Positions 49,001 through 55,177 of a stretch of DNA of 55,177 nt are shown here, piece after piece; the stretch's first letter is position 1; each line of letters starts with the position of its first letter. The notes under the pieces were generated by a model that saw nothing but the letters and a program-made list of their open reading frames with translations, was not told the origin of the DNA and ran no database searches. The position numbers and the translations under genes are program-made. The stretch comes from Pseudolabrys sp. (GTDB lineage: Bacteria > Pseudomonadota > Alphaproteobacteria > Rhizobiales > Xanthobacteraceae): contig JAFBAG010000342.1 of the NCBI GenBank assembly GCA_019247925.1, positions 1 through 55,177 of the forward strand. Reading direction: 5' to 3'.

Positions 49001-49343
49001 CCGCAGCGTCGCCGGCGGAGAGCTCCTCGCCGCGGCCAAGGCGGAATTTGTGCTGAATGTCGGCGCGGGCGGCAGCTTCGAAAATCGCCGCGACGGCGAT
49101 CGCATCATCCAAGACCCGAGCCAGGCGATCCGCTTCAATCACTACAACAGCTTTGCCTTTGCGCCGCAAAACGAAACCAATCCGCCGGTGGAAGCTGCGC
49201 CGCCGCCGGCTGCGGTGCCCATCCCCGCAATGGTCCTCCCGCCGATGCCGGAAGCCATGCCGGAGTTTGAAGCCGCTTCGGTCGCCGCCGCCGCGTCTGC
49301 GGCCAATGTCCCGCTGCCCCTCGCACGCCCGCGCAAGCACTAG
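43059..49343 (+). CDS. Giant secreted TPR-repeat protein (2094 aa, 58 repeat units)
   Basis: Signal peptide, Cys-pair cap, tandem 34-aa units of consensus A.AYxNRGxAYxxKGDYDRAIADFDQAIKLDP, and a Pro/Ala-rich tail. Confidence 0.95.
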   Translation: MFVRRPYVVLSAAITLATILPAANAVAQSQACISKDASPDARIASCTNTIGDKKATKIAKASAHLARANAYREKGDVERALADYAESIKLSPKPEAYLDRGMLLRDQGQLERAAQDLEQVVRLAKTNSAAMNALAHIYYNQRDYDRAIAHLNTTLKLNPNYAVALYNRGMAFRSKGEPDRAVPDFDRAIKINPNDAASWHSRALAYRDMRDYERAIQDFDQAIRLTPNFILALNDRGIAYASKGEVERAIQDFDQAILLDPRDALAYNNRGNAYRNRGEIERAIKDYDQALLLDGNYVLAYYNRGMAFFDRRQYDRAIKDFDEAVKLDAKYALAYYDRGLTYYHKGDFEKAVADLSQAIKLDPKDGLSFYNRGIAYTAKGDAERAIADFDQAVRIDPKNALAYFNRGLVLHGKGDDDRAIADFTQALRVDGKSAQAYYHRGLAYRGKGDLDRALADFDQSTKLDPKQAAVYFERGNVYADKRDPDRAIVDYNMAINIKPDYVAAFNARGQAYNAKGNSDRAVADFDQAVLLDPKSALGFSNRGAAYLAKRDFERAAADFERAIKANPNFAGAYLNRGLAFKELREFAKAVEDFTAAIKFDPKSAAAYNARGYSYRNLGDYDRAFADFDQALKLNASLPEAYFNRGVARYEHRDYERAIADLSQAVRLESRDPSIFHARGLAYREKQDYERAIADFDQTLKLNPKLTGAYVDRGNAYQYKGDAERAVKDYDAAIKLDPKYAAAFTERANTFAARGKIERALQDYDQAIKFNPTYAGVFISRAQLFHRRGENAKSLADLDQAIKLDPNSAFALNQRAQIYQDRGETDRAIADFSQAIRANPRFETALNGRGMAFKSKGQLERAVADFDQALTINPNFAEALVSRGETLEQIGYHDRALKDLDQALRLNPNNAEGYNVRGRIYAAKRDFDRALSEFARALQIDGKLASAYNGRGLAYRLKGDHERAISDFSAAARLDPNYAMAFSNRGNVYFDRREYDRAIADLTQAIKLNPGHVRAYYDRGIAYGAKGDVERAIADFGEAIKLDPKNAIAVNNRGVAYHSKGDTARAAADFDQAIKLNESYSMAYYNRANLNVEKRDYDRAIADFSQAIKLNARDYFALHDRGVAFYQKRDYQRAIEDFEQAIKLKPDFSVSTNASDDDTRNQRGYDRDNPDISPPIKVSPVFSLAYNDRGIASAAKADYAKAIESFDRAIKLNPGLAVAHYNRGNALFQKNEVEAALASYSKAIQLNPKDANAHHDRGVAYYVREDYDAAIADFDKSLALDGKNAAAHYNRGIAYFEKRNYDRAIEGFERAIKLDPKLAAAYSARGNALASRGEFERAITDLSQAVKLNPNDAMALTDRGIAYGLKGESERALADFDAAIALDGKYAPAFNNRGIAYAFKGQGDRALADYDQAIKLNPGYALAFYNRANAYYDRGDYAHAIADYDKAVKLNPGDALAFSNRGNAYANRGEFDRALADYNQALKLNPGYAQAFNNRGVVFGAKGDGDRAIADFDQASRLDPQHALAPYNRGLALRDKNEIDRAVQAFDQALKANPAYLAALYSRGGAYSLKRDYDRAIADYGAALKLKPNFAPAVYDRALAYGIKGDHAHALADFDEAIKLDPKNALAWFNRGVASRNSGDLDKAIADFSEALKLDGKLAQAYFERGAALAAKRDSDRAIADFDQAVRLKPNFEAAYYQRAVIHRDRRDYDRAISDLTQVIRLEPKSTAAYAQRGLSYRDKGDTERAAADFDQAARLDGQSAAAFVNRGTTLGMRGEYDRAIADFDQAIKLDPKNAVAFNNRGFSYRNKSDLDRAVSDFDAALKINPNYATALFNRAGVFYEKREYDRAIKDFDAVIRGNPNMASAYNARGLAYDGKGDASQAVADFGKAIQLDPKNALAYNNRGFAYRSKGDFDRAIADYTQALALNPKYALALYNRGIAHYDKRDFDKAMADMNAAQKLNPSYGNAFYDRGITFYDKQDYDRSVAGGELLAAAKAEFVLNVGAGGSFENRRDGDRIIQDPSQAIRFNHYNSFAFAPQNETNPPVEAAPPPAAVPIPAMVLPPMPEAMPEFEAASVAAAASAANVPLPLARPRKH

Positions 49344-49387
49344 GCTTACGCCCCGATTTGGCTAGATTTGGCGGCCTCCGAGTCGCC

Positions 49388-50110
49388 ATGAACCGTCAGA
49401 CCTATCGAGATCGAATGCGCGCGGTGCTGACGGCGGTGGAGCGCCGGGTGCTGGCGCGGCTCGATACGCCTGGCAAAATCCAGGATTTCCTCGACCGCAT
49501 GCCGATCAATTTCGAGCGCGGTGGGGACACCCATATGTCGCCGCGCCGGATGCTCAAGGCGCGGCTGGCGCACTGCTCGGAAGGCGCTCTGTTTGCAGCT
49601 GCCTGCCTGCTCTATCACGGCAAGCCTGCTTATCTGATGGACTTGCGCGCCGTTCCGAAAGATCAGGATCACATCGTGACGTTGTTTCGCGATGGCGCCT
49701 ATTGGGGCGCGATCAGCAAGACCAATCACGCGGTGCTTCGTTATCGCGACGCGATCTATCGCTCGCCGCGCGAACTCGCCATGTCCTATGCGCACGAATA
49801 TTTCCTGTGGCGCGACGGCCGCAAGTCGCTGCTATCTTTCTCGCGGCCGTTTTCGCTCAAGCGCTTTGCGCCGGCACTCTGGTTGACCGCGACCGACGAG
49901 CTCGATTGGCTGATTACCGCACTCGACGATTCACCGCATGAATCTCTTGCGCCAGCGCCATATCTTCGCAAGCGACGACGCGCCTCGACCCTTGAACGCA
50001 AAATGATGGACTACTCGGAGTGGGCCGAGCCGCGGGTGAAGAACCCGAATGCCTTGCGGCAGCCGCGCGTGAAGCGGCGCGTCAGCCGCCCTTCCAGTCG
50101 GCGCGGATGA
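49388..50110 (+). CDS. Hypothetical protein, putative transglutaminase/papain-like fold
   Basis: AHCSEGALFAA, DQDHIV, WGAISKTN and LRYRDAIY motifs; ATG at 49388 with GAG upstream. Fold is inferred. Confidence 0.7.
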   Translation: MNRQTYRDRMRAVLTAVERRVLARLDTPGKIQDFLDRMPINFERGGDTHMSPRRMLKARLAHCSEGALFAAACLLYHGKPAYLMDLRAVPKDQDHIVTLFRDGAYWGAISKTNHAVLRYRDAIYRSPRELAMSYAHEYFLWRDGRKSLLSFSRPFSLKRFAPALWLTATDELDWLITALDDSPHESLAPAPYLRKRRRASTLERKMMDYSEWAEPRVKNPNALRQPRVKRRVSRPSSRRG

Positions 50111-51764
50111 ATTCGGCGACACGTTCGCCGATCATGATGGAAGGAATATTGGTGTTGGCGCTGGGCGCCTTTGGCATCACCGAAGCATCGGCGACGCGAA
50201 CGCCGCTCACCCCATAGACCCGACAGCGGGGGTCGACCACCGCCAGGGGATCGCTCTCGCTCCCGATCGCACAGGTGCTGGTGGGGTGAAACATCGCCCC
50301 GGTCGAAGCGAGAATCTCCTCGTCCGCGATCGGAAAGCGTTCGCGGCTATCGAAAATGATGCGGCCGGGCTTGAGCGCCAGCCCCAGCATGGCCCGGCGC
50401 AACGCAGCCGGGCTGCGCAGCAACGTTGCCGCCGCGGCGGCTTTTGCCCCTCCGCTCACGCCGCGCCCGTTATAGAGCCGCAGCGGCGGATCGCGCGGCA
50501 ACAGATAGGCGTCCTCGACCGTGCCCCGCAAAGCAGGATCGCAGATCAGGCTTTCGGCCATGCGCGCGACGATCAGCATGCGGGCGCTGTCGCGCGGGTC
50601 AGACAGCAGGCGCTGATTGACGATCGGCGCCACGAGCGGATCGGCCGAGACCAAGTTGACCTCACCGCGCGAGAACGGGGCGTAAAGCGCCGCCGCCACC
50701 ATGCCCATTCGCGTGCCGAAGGCACGGTCACTCACCCTGCCGCCGAAATAGATGAACAGGTCGCCGGCCGGACAATTCTCGACTTGCGAGGAGATGCGCA
50801 GCCCGGTCATAGCATAATGGCGCTGCTCCGGCCGCAGACGCGATGATGGCGCAAGGCCAAGCGCGAAATGCAACTGCGTGTGGTTCTGATAGTTCTTGCC
50901 GACCCCGCGGCGGTCCGCGACAGGAGGAATGCCGAGACGTTGCAAGGTATCGGCAGGACCTATCCCCGAGCGCAGCAGCACCGCCGGCGAATGCACGCCG
51001 CCGGCCGAAACGACGATTTCTCTGGCAGCGATGATGCGGCTCGTCCCGCCGCGCACGACAACGACGCCGGCCGCGCGGGTGCCTTCAAAGACAATGCGCT
51101 GGACGGATGTTTCGCTCAGAATTGTGAGGTTCGGCCGCGCCCGCACCGCCGCAGTGAGATAGCAGCGCGCGCTGGAAGCGCGCTCATCGTCATGGCTCAT
51201 CGGCGTCGCGAAGAAGCCGTCCTGCGCAGTCTCGTTGATGTCTCCATGGCTGACGAGGCCGCGCGCCTTCACCGCCTCCTCGATGCGGCGCATATGCGCG
51301 GGCCAGGCATCGCGTGGCACGCGCCGCACGATGTTCGGCCCATCGGTGTTTTGCGCCCCCCGCGGCAGATCGAGATCGCGCGTCATCGCGCGAAAATGCG
51401 GCAGCACGTCACGCCAGCCCCAATCGCGCGCGCCGGCCTGCTCCCAGGCATCGTAATCGCTGGGCAGGCCGCGCAGCGCGATCATGCCCATGACGCTGGA
51501 GCCGCCGCCCATGATCTTGGGTTGGGGAAAAAGCCGCGCCGCCTCGCCCTCGGCGAAGACGCTGGTCAGGCCGGACCAGAAATAACTTGGATTGAAGTAG
51601 GCCGCCGGGAACGTGTCGCGAATGTCGCGCGGCACCGCGCCGGGCGGCGTGTCCTTGCCGGCTTCGATCAGCAGCACCTTGATCGAAGGATTTTCGGAAA
51701 TGCGCGCCGCAACCGCGGCGCCGGCCGAGCCGGCGCCGATGACGATGATGTCAGCCTGGTCCAT
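50082..51764 (-). CDS. GMC family FAD oxidoreductase (HMF oxidase/aryl-alcohol oxidase-like)
   Basis: GAGSAG, LLIEAG, GGGSS, LLRSGIGP, FHPTST and VADASVMP...ANTN motifs. Confidence 0.92.
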   Translation of the reverse strand: MDQADIIVIGAGSAGAAVAARISENPSIKVLLIEAGKDTPPGAVPRDIRDTFPAAYFNPSYFWSGLTSVFAEGEAARLFPQPKIMGGGSSVMGMIALRGLPSDYDAWEQAGARDWGWRDVLPHFRAMTRDLDLPRGAQNTDGPNIVRRVPRDAWPAHMRRIEEAVKARGLVSHGDINETAQDGFFATPMSHDDERASSARCYLTAAVRARPNLTILSETSVQRIVFEGTRAAGVVVVRGGTSRIIAAREIVVSAGGVHSPAVLLRSGIGPADTLQRLGIPPVADRRGVGKNYQNHTQLHFALGLAPSSRLRPEQRHYAMTGLRISSQVENCPAGDLFIYFGGRVSDRAFGTRMGMVAAALYAPFSRGEVNLVSADPLVAPIVNQRLLSDPRDSARMLIVARMAESLICDPALRGTVEDAYLLPRDPPLRLYNGRGVSGGAKAAAAATLLRSPAALRRAMLGLALKPGRIIFDSRERFPIADEEILASTGAMFHPTSTCAIGSESDPLAVVDPRCRVYGVSGVRVADASVMPKAPSANTNIPSIMIGERVAEFIRADWKGG

Positions 51765-51803
51765 CGATTGAAGCTACTGCGCCGGAAGAAGACGCCGCAA
51801 ACT

Positions 51804-53087
51804 CTATTTCAAGACGACGCTGGGCAACCACAGTGTGAGCGCCGGGATGTAGGTGACCAAGGCAAGCACGATGATCATCGGAATATAGAAAATCAGGATC
51901 GAACGCGACACCGCTTCCATCGATACTTTGCCGATCGCGCAGCCAACCACCATGGTCGGACCAACCGGCGGGGTCAGCAGCCCGATGCCGAGGTTGAGAA
52001 TCATGATGATACCGAAATGCACCGGATCGATGCCGAAGGTCTTGATCACCGGCAGAAAGATCGGCGTGCAGATCAACAGCATCGGTGCGAGATCCATGAA
52101 CGTGCCGAGCAGCAACAGCAAGATATTGATCCACAGCAGGAACATGTATTTGTCGGAGGAGATGTCGATGAAGAACTGCGTCGCGATCGCCGGAATACGC
52201 AGGATCGCCATCATGTAGCCAAAAGCTATCGAGAACCCGATCATGATCATGACCATGCCGAGCGTGCGCGTCACGCGTCCGATCAGTGCGGGCAGCTCGC
52301 TCCACTTCACGTCTCGATAGACGAACATCGTCACCAGGAAGGCGTAAACGCACGCGACCGCGCCGGATTCCGTCGGGGTGAAGACGCCCGACAGAATACC
52401 GCCGATGATGATGACGACGGTCACCATGCCCCAGATAGCGTCGACGAAGATCTTGCCGACATTGCGTAGCGGCACCACCTCGCCCTTCGGGAAGTTGTCA
52501 CGGTGCGCGATGATGAGAACCAGGATGATCAGCGACAGGCCGAGCAACAGCGCGGGAATGATGCCGCCCATGAAGAGATGGCCGACCGAGATCGTTCCAC
52601 CGGCAGCAATCGAGTAGATCACCATGTTGTGCGAAGGCGGCACCAGAAGCGGCTGCAGTGAGCCGGAAATCGTGACGTTGACCGCAAAGAGCCTCGGATA
52701 GCCCTCCTTGATCATCTGGGGGATCATCACCGAACCCACCGCGGCGGTATCGGCGACAGACGAGCCTGAGATACAGCCGAACATGGTCGATGCGAGAATG
52801 TTGACCAGCGCCATGCCGCCGCGGATCGCGCCGACAAAAACCTTCGCGAGGTTCACCAAGCGCTCGGCCATGCCGCCGACCGCCATGATCGCTCCCGCCA
52901 GCACGAAGAACGGAATCGCCAGCAGCGAAAAGCCGCTCATACCGCCTGCCACTTTGAGCATCACAGCTTCTAGCGGAATGCCGGTGTAGAGCGCCGCCAT
53001 GATCGCGGCGAGGCCGAGTGCATAGGCAACCGGCAAGCCGAGTAGACAGACAATCGTAAAGCCGCCGATGAGGATGAAAATTTCCAT
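51804..53087 (-). CDS. dctM: TRAP transporter large permease
   Basis: LLAIPFF, FGCISGSSVAD, FTPTES and GLLTPPVG motifs. Confidence 0.95.
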   Translation of the reverse strand: MEIFILIGGFTIVCLLGLPVAYALGLAAIMAALYTGIPLEAVMLKVAGGMSGFSLLAIPFFVLAGAIMAVGGMAERLVNLAKVFVGAIRGGMALVNILASTMFGCISGSSVADTAAVGSVMIPQMIKEGYPRLFAVNVTISGSLQPLLVPPSHNMVIYSIAAGGTISVGHLFMGGIIPALLLGLSLIILVLIIAHRDNFPKGEVVPLRNVGKIFVDAIWGMVTVVIIIGGILSGVFTPTESGAVACVYAFLVTMFVYRDVKWSELPALIGRVTRTLGMVMIMIGFSIAFGYMMAILRIPAIATQFFIDISSDKYMFLLWINILLLLLGTFMDLAPMLLICTPIFLPVIKTFGIDPVHFGIIMILNLGIGLLTPPVGPTMVVGCAIGKVSMEAVSRSILIFYIPMIIVLALVTYIPALTLWLPSVVLK

Positions 53088-53095
53088 GACTGATC

Positions 53096-53614
53096 CTACT
53101 CGGTCGTCAGGCCGCTGACCGTTTCGGCCTCCGGCTCATGGAAAAATTTCTGGGTCATCATCCGCTCAAGGATGAACAGGATGGTAAGGCCCCCGGCGAT
53201 CGGGATAGGCGCATAGGAGAGGCCGACCGACATAATCGGCAGCTCGGCAATCCACTGAAACCAGGTCGCCTCAACCAGTTTGATGCCCCACCAGAGCATG
53301 AAGAGGTTGGTGGCCAGCATGCAAATTTCGAGCACCCAGCCGAGCGCCTGGCGCGCGTTGCCTTTGAGGAAGGTCGGCAGGACGCCGACGCCGATATGAA
53401 GATATTCGCGGTAACAGACGATCGCCGAGAGAAATGACAGGACGATCATCAGGAGCGTTGCAATCGGCTCCGGCCATGACGCGGCGCTGTTGAGCACAAA
53501 GCGGGTAAAGACCCCATAAGGCACGATCAGCGTGATCACGACGAGGCATGTCCCCGCGATGATCAGGCAGGCACGATGGATCGCGTCCATCGCGCGGCTG
53601 TATTGAGCCAGCAT
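53096..53614 (-). CDS. dctQ: TRAP transporter small permease
   Basis: Four TM segments; TRFVLN..SWPE and HIGV motifs. Confidence 0.92.
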   Translation of the reverse strand: MLAQYSRAMDAIHRACLIIAGTCLVVITLIVPYGVFTRFVLNSAASWPEPIATLLMIVLSFLSAIVCYREYLHIGVGVLPTFLKGNARQALGWVLEICMLATNLFMLWWGIKLVEATWFQWIAELPIMSVGLSYAPIPIAGGLTILFILERMMTQKFFHEPEAETVSGLTTE

Positions 53615-53632
53615 GGCAGTCCCCCCGATTGC

Positions 53633-53671
53633 AAAAAGGCCGGCCAGTGTCCCGTCGGGCCGGCCGGCCTT
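53633..53671 (-). terminator. Terminator-like stem-loop between dctP and dctQ
   Basis: aaggccggcc(53636-53645)/ggccggcctt(53662-53671) with a U-tract on the minus strand. Confidence 0.65.
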
Positions 53672-53692
53672 CGTTCGTCGCCCCGCTAAAGC

Positions 53693-54691
53693 TTACTTCG
53701 TGTCCTGGATACGCTTGACGAGCTCGGTGTATTTCGAACCGTACTTGTCCCACACAGGCTTTACGGCGTCTTGGAAGGGCTTCTTGTCCTTGATCTCGAT
53801 GACATTCACGCCGGCAGCCTTGATCTTATCCATGGCTTGCTTCGTGCGCTCATCCCAGAGCACGCGCTGCTCGAGCTGAGTTTCCTTGCCGAATTTCATC
53901 ACCAGCTCTTGGTCTTCCTTCGACAGCGCGTCGAAGGACTTGCGCGAGAAGACGAGGATTTCCGGGATAATGAGGTGCTCGGTCAAGGAGTAGTGCTTCG
54001 CGACCGGAACGTGGCCGAACGAGTCATAGCTCGGCGGATTGTTTTCGGCGCCATCGACCACGCCGGTCTGCAGCGCATTCATCACCTGATCCATCTGCAT
54101 CGGCACGCCGTTGCCGCCGAGCGCATTCATGGTCTCGACAAACATCGGGTTGCCCATCATACGGATCTTGAGACCCTTGAGGTCCTCGATCGACTTCACG
54201 TCGCGCACTTTGTTGTAGAAGTTGCGCGCGCCGCTATCCATCCAGGCAAGGCCAACAAGGCCGGTCTTCGGATTGTCGCTGATCTTCTTGAGCAGCTCGT
54301 CGCCAATCGGGCCGTCGATCACATGGCGCATGTGTTCGGTGTTGCGGAACACGAACGGCAGATTGAAAACGTTGAGATCGTCGACAACCGTGCCGACGGG
54401 GCCGACCGAAACGCGAGCGATCTGCAAGGCGCCGACCTGCGCCTGCTCGATCATCTCTTTTTCGCCGCCCAGCTGCATCGCCGGGAACATCTGGATTGTG
54501 ATACGGCCATTGGTGGCCTTTTCGAGCTTCTTGCCCATGCGCTCGACGGCTTCGACCGTCGGATAACCGAGCGGATGGACGTCAGCGGCCTTGAGCACCA
54601 TTTTCGATTGCGCGAGCGCGCCTGCCGGCGCCACCGCGAAAGCGGCCGCGACCGCCAAGCCGGCAGCGAGAATTGTCCTGCGAGTCGTCAT
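53693..54691 (-). CDS. dctP: TRAP substrate-binding protein (DctP, sugar-acid type)
   Basis: MTTRR signal, DVHPLGYP, QLGGEKE, DSGARNFY, KGLKIR and DGAENN motifs. Confidence 0.94.
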   Translation of the reverse strand: MTTRRTILAAGLAVAAAFAVAPAGALAQSKMVLKAADVHPLGYPTVEAVERMGKKLEKATNGRITIQMFPAMQLGGEKEMIEQAQVGALQIARVSVGPVGTVVDDLNVFNLPFVFRNTEHMRHVIDGPIGDELLKKISDNPKTGLVGLAWMDSGARNFYNKVRDVKSIEDLKGLKIRMMGNPMFVETMNALGGNGVPMQMDQVMNALQTGVVDGAENNPPSYDSFGHVPVAKHYSLTEHLIIPEILVFSRKSFDALSKEDQELVMKFGKETQLEQRVLWDERTKQAMDKIKAAGVNVIEIKDKKPFQDAVKPVWDKYGSKYTELVKRIQDTK

Positions 54692-54759
54692 TTCGGTAGT
54701 CCTCCCGTTTTTATGCCGCGAAATTTTTTTTTAGCTTGCGCCGTTTCGCGCCAGCTACT

Positions 54760-54778
54760 TATCATGTCATATGATGAC
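54760..54778. promoter_or_regulatory. Candidate FadR/GntR operator
   Basis: tatcatgTCATATGAtgac contains a TCATATGA palindrome nested in TCAT-N8-ATGA, in the divergent dctP/regulator gap. Confidence 0.5.
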
Positions 54779-54805
54779 CTGAACCCCGGCCCGGGTGTCA
54801 AGCCG

Positions 54806-55177
54806 TTGAACAAGCGATCCTCGAAAAATCTGGCGCTGCTGCGCCCGCTCGACGCGCCGCGCGGCCTGACGGCCGAGCTGGTCACGCGGCTGACCTCCGA
54901 CATTACCAGCGGCAAACTCTCGCCGGGATCGCGGCTTCCGACCGAACAGGAAATGATCGCGGCGACGGGCGTTTCGCGCACGGTCATCCGCGAGGCGGTG
55001 GCGGCGTTGCGGGCCGACGGCCTGGTTGTGACCCGCCAGGGCGTCGGTGCATTTGTCGCGGAAAACGTGCGGCGGCCGTTCCGGGTCGACTTTGACGAGC
55101 GTTCCTCACTGCGCGAAGTGCTCAACGTCATGGAGCTGCGCACCGGCATCGAAATCGAGTCCGCCGGGCTCGCGGCC
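54806..55177 (+). CDS. FadR/GntR family regulator (partial, runs off the window end)
   Basis: Manual translation LSPGSRLPTEQEMIAATGVSRTVIREAVAALRADGLVVTRQGVGAFV...MELRTGIE. Start TTG 54806 or in-frame ATG 54764. Confidence 0.9.
   Translation, partial: MNKRSSKNLALLRPLDAPRGLTAELVTRLTSDITSGKLSPGSRLPTEQEMIAATGVSRTVIREAVAALRADGLVVTRQGVGAFVAENVRRPFRVDFDERSSLREVLNVMELRTGIEIESAGLAA

Noticed and set aside
1-55177. Prophage, IS, integrase or defence system
   Set aside because: No recognisable transposase, integrase, phage, toxin-antitoxin or nuclease motifs in any ORF.

Overview
GC-rich chromosomal segment of an alphaproteobacterium (Hyphomicrobiales/Rhizobiales type, judged from gene content and CtrA/EcfG-type motifs). 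I see no mobile element, rRNA, tRNA or CRISPR array. In order: DUF1127-MFS pair; an intergenic structured element; FAH-family hydrolase; Omp25/RopB-type porin with a CtrA box; TPP riboswitch-thiM-thiE-thiD plus an orphan TRAP binding protein; Lrp-domain protein; EamA transporter; cytochrome c pair; CoxL-like subunit; RND pump; envelope/LPS cluster (murJ, GnnA-like, hldE, waaF, galE, msbA); HAAT ABC transporter with a CouR-like MarR; aromatic catabolism cluster (amidase, dihydroxyphthalate-decarboxylase-like, galB, ligK, VOC extradiol dioxygenase, class II aldolase); a secreted Val-hexad protein; TBDR-exbB-exbD-tonB; CHAP-like protein; a 2094-aa secreted TPR protein; a transglutaminase-like protein; GMC oxidase-TRAP operon; FadR regulator. 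The strongest novelty candidate is at 742-866, downstream of a TTGACA promoter. It is a near-perfect five-way junction with four hairpins of unrelated stem sequence and alternating GATCGCAA/CTCGCAA loops, a candidate undescribed structured ncRNA. Other leads are the TPP-regulated TRAP binding protein, the CNC-capped Val-hexad secreted protein, the hinged 58-unit TPR rod and a VOC dioxygenase coupled to galB/ligK. All assignments come from reading motifs by eye; no searches or folding programs were run.
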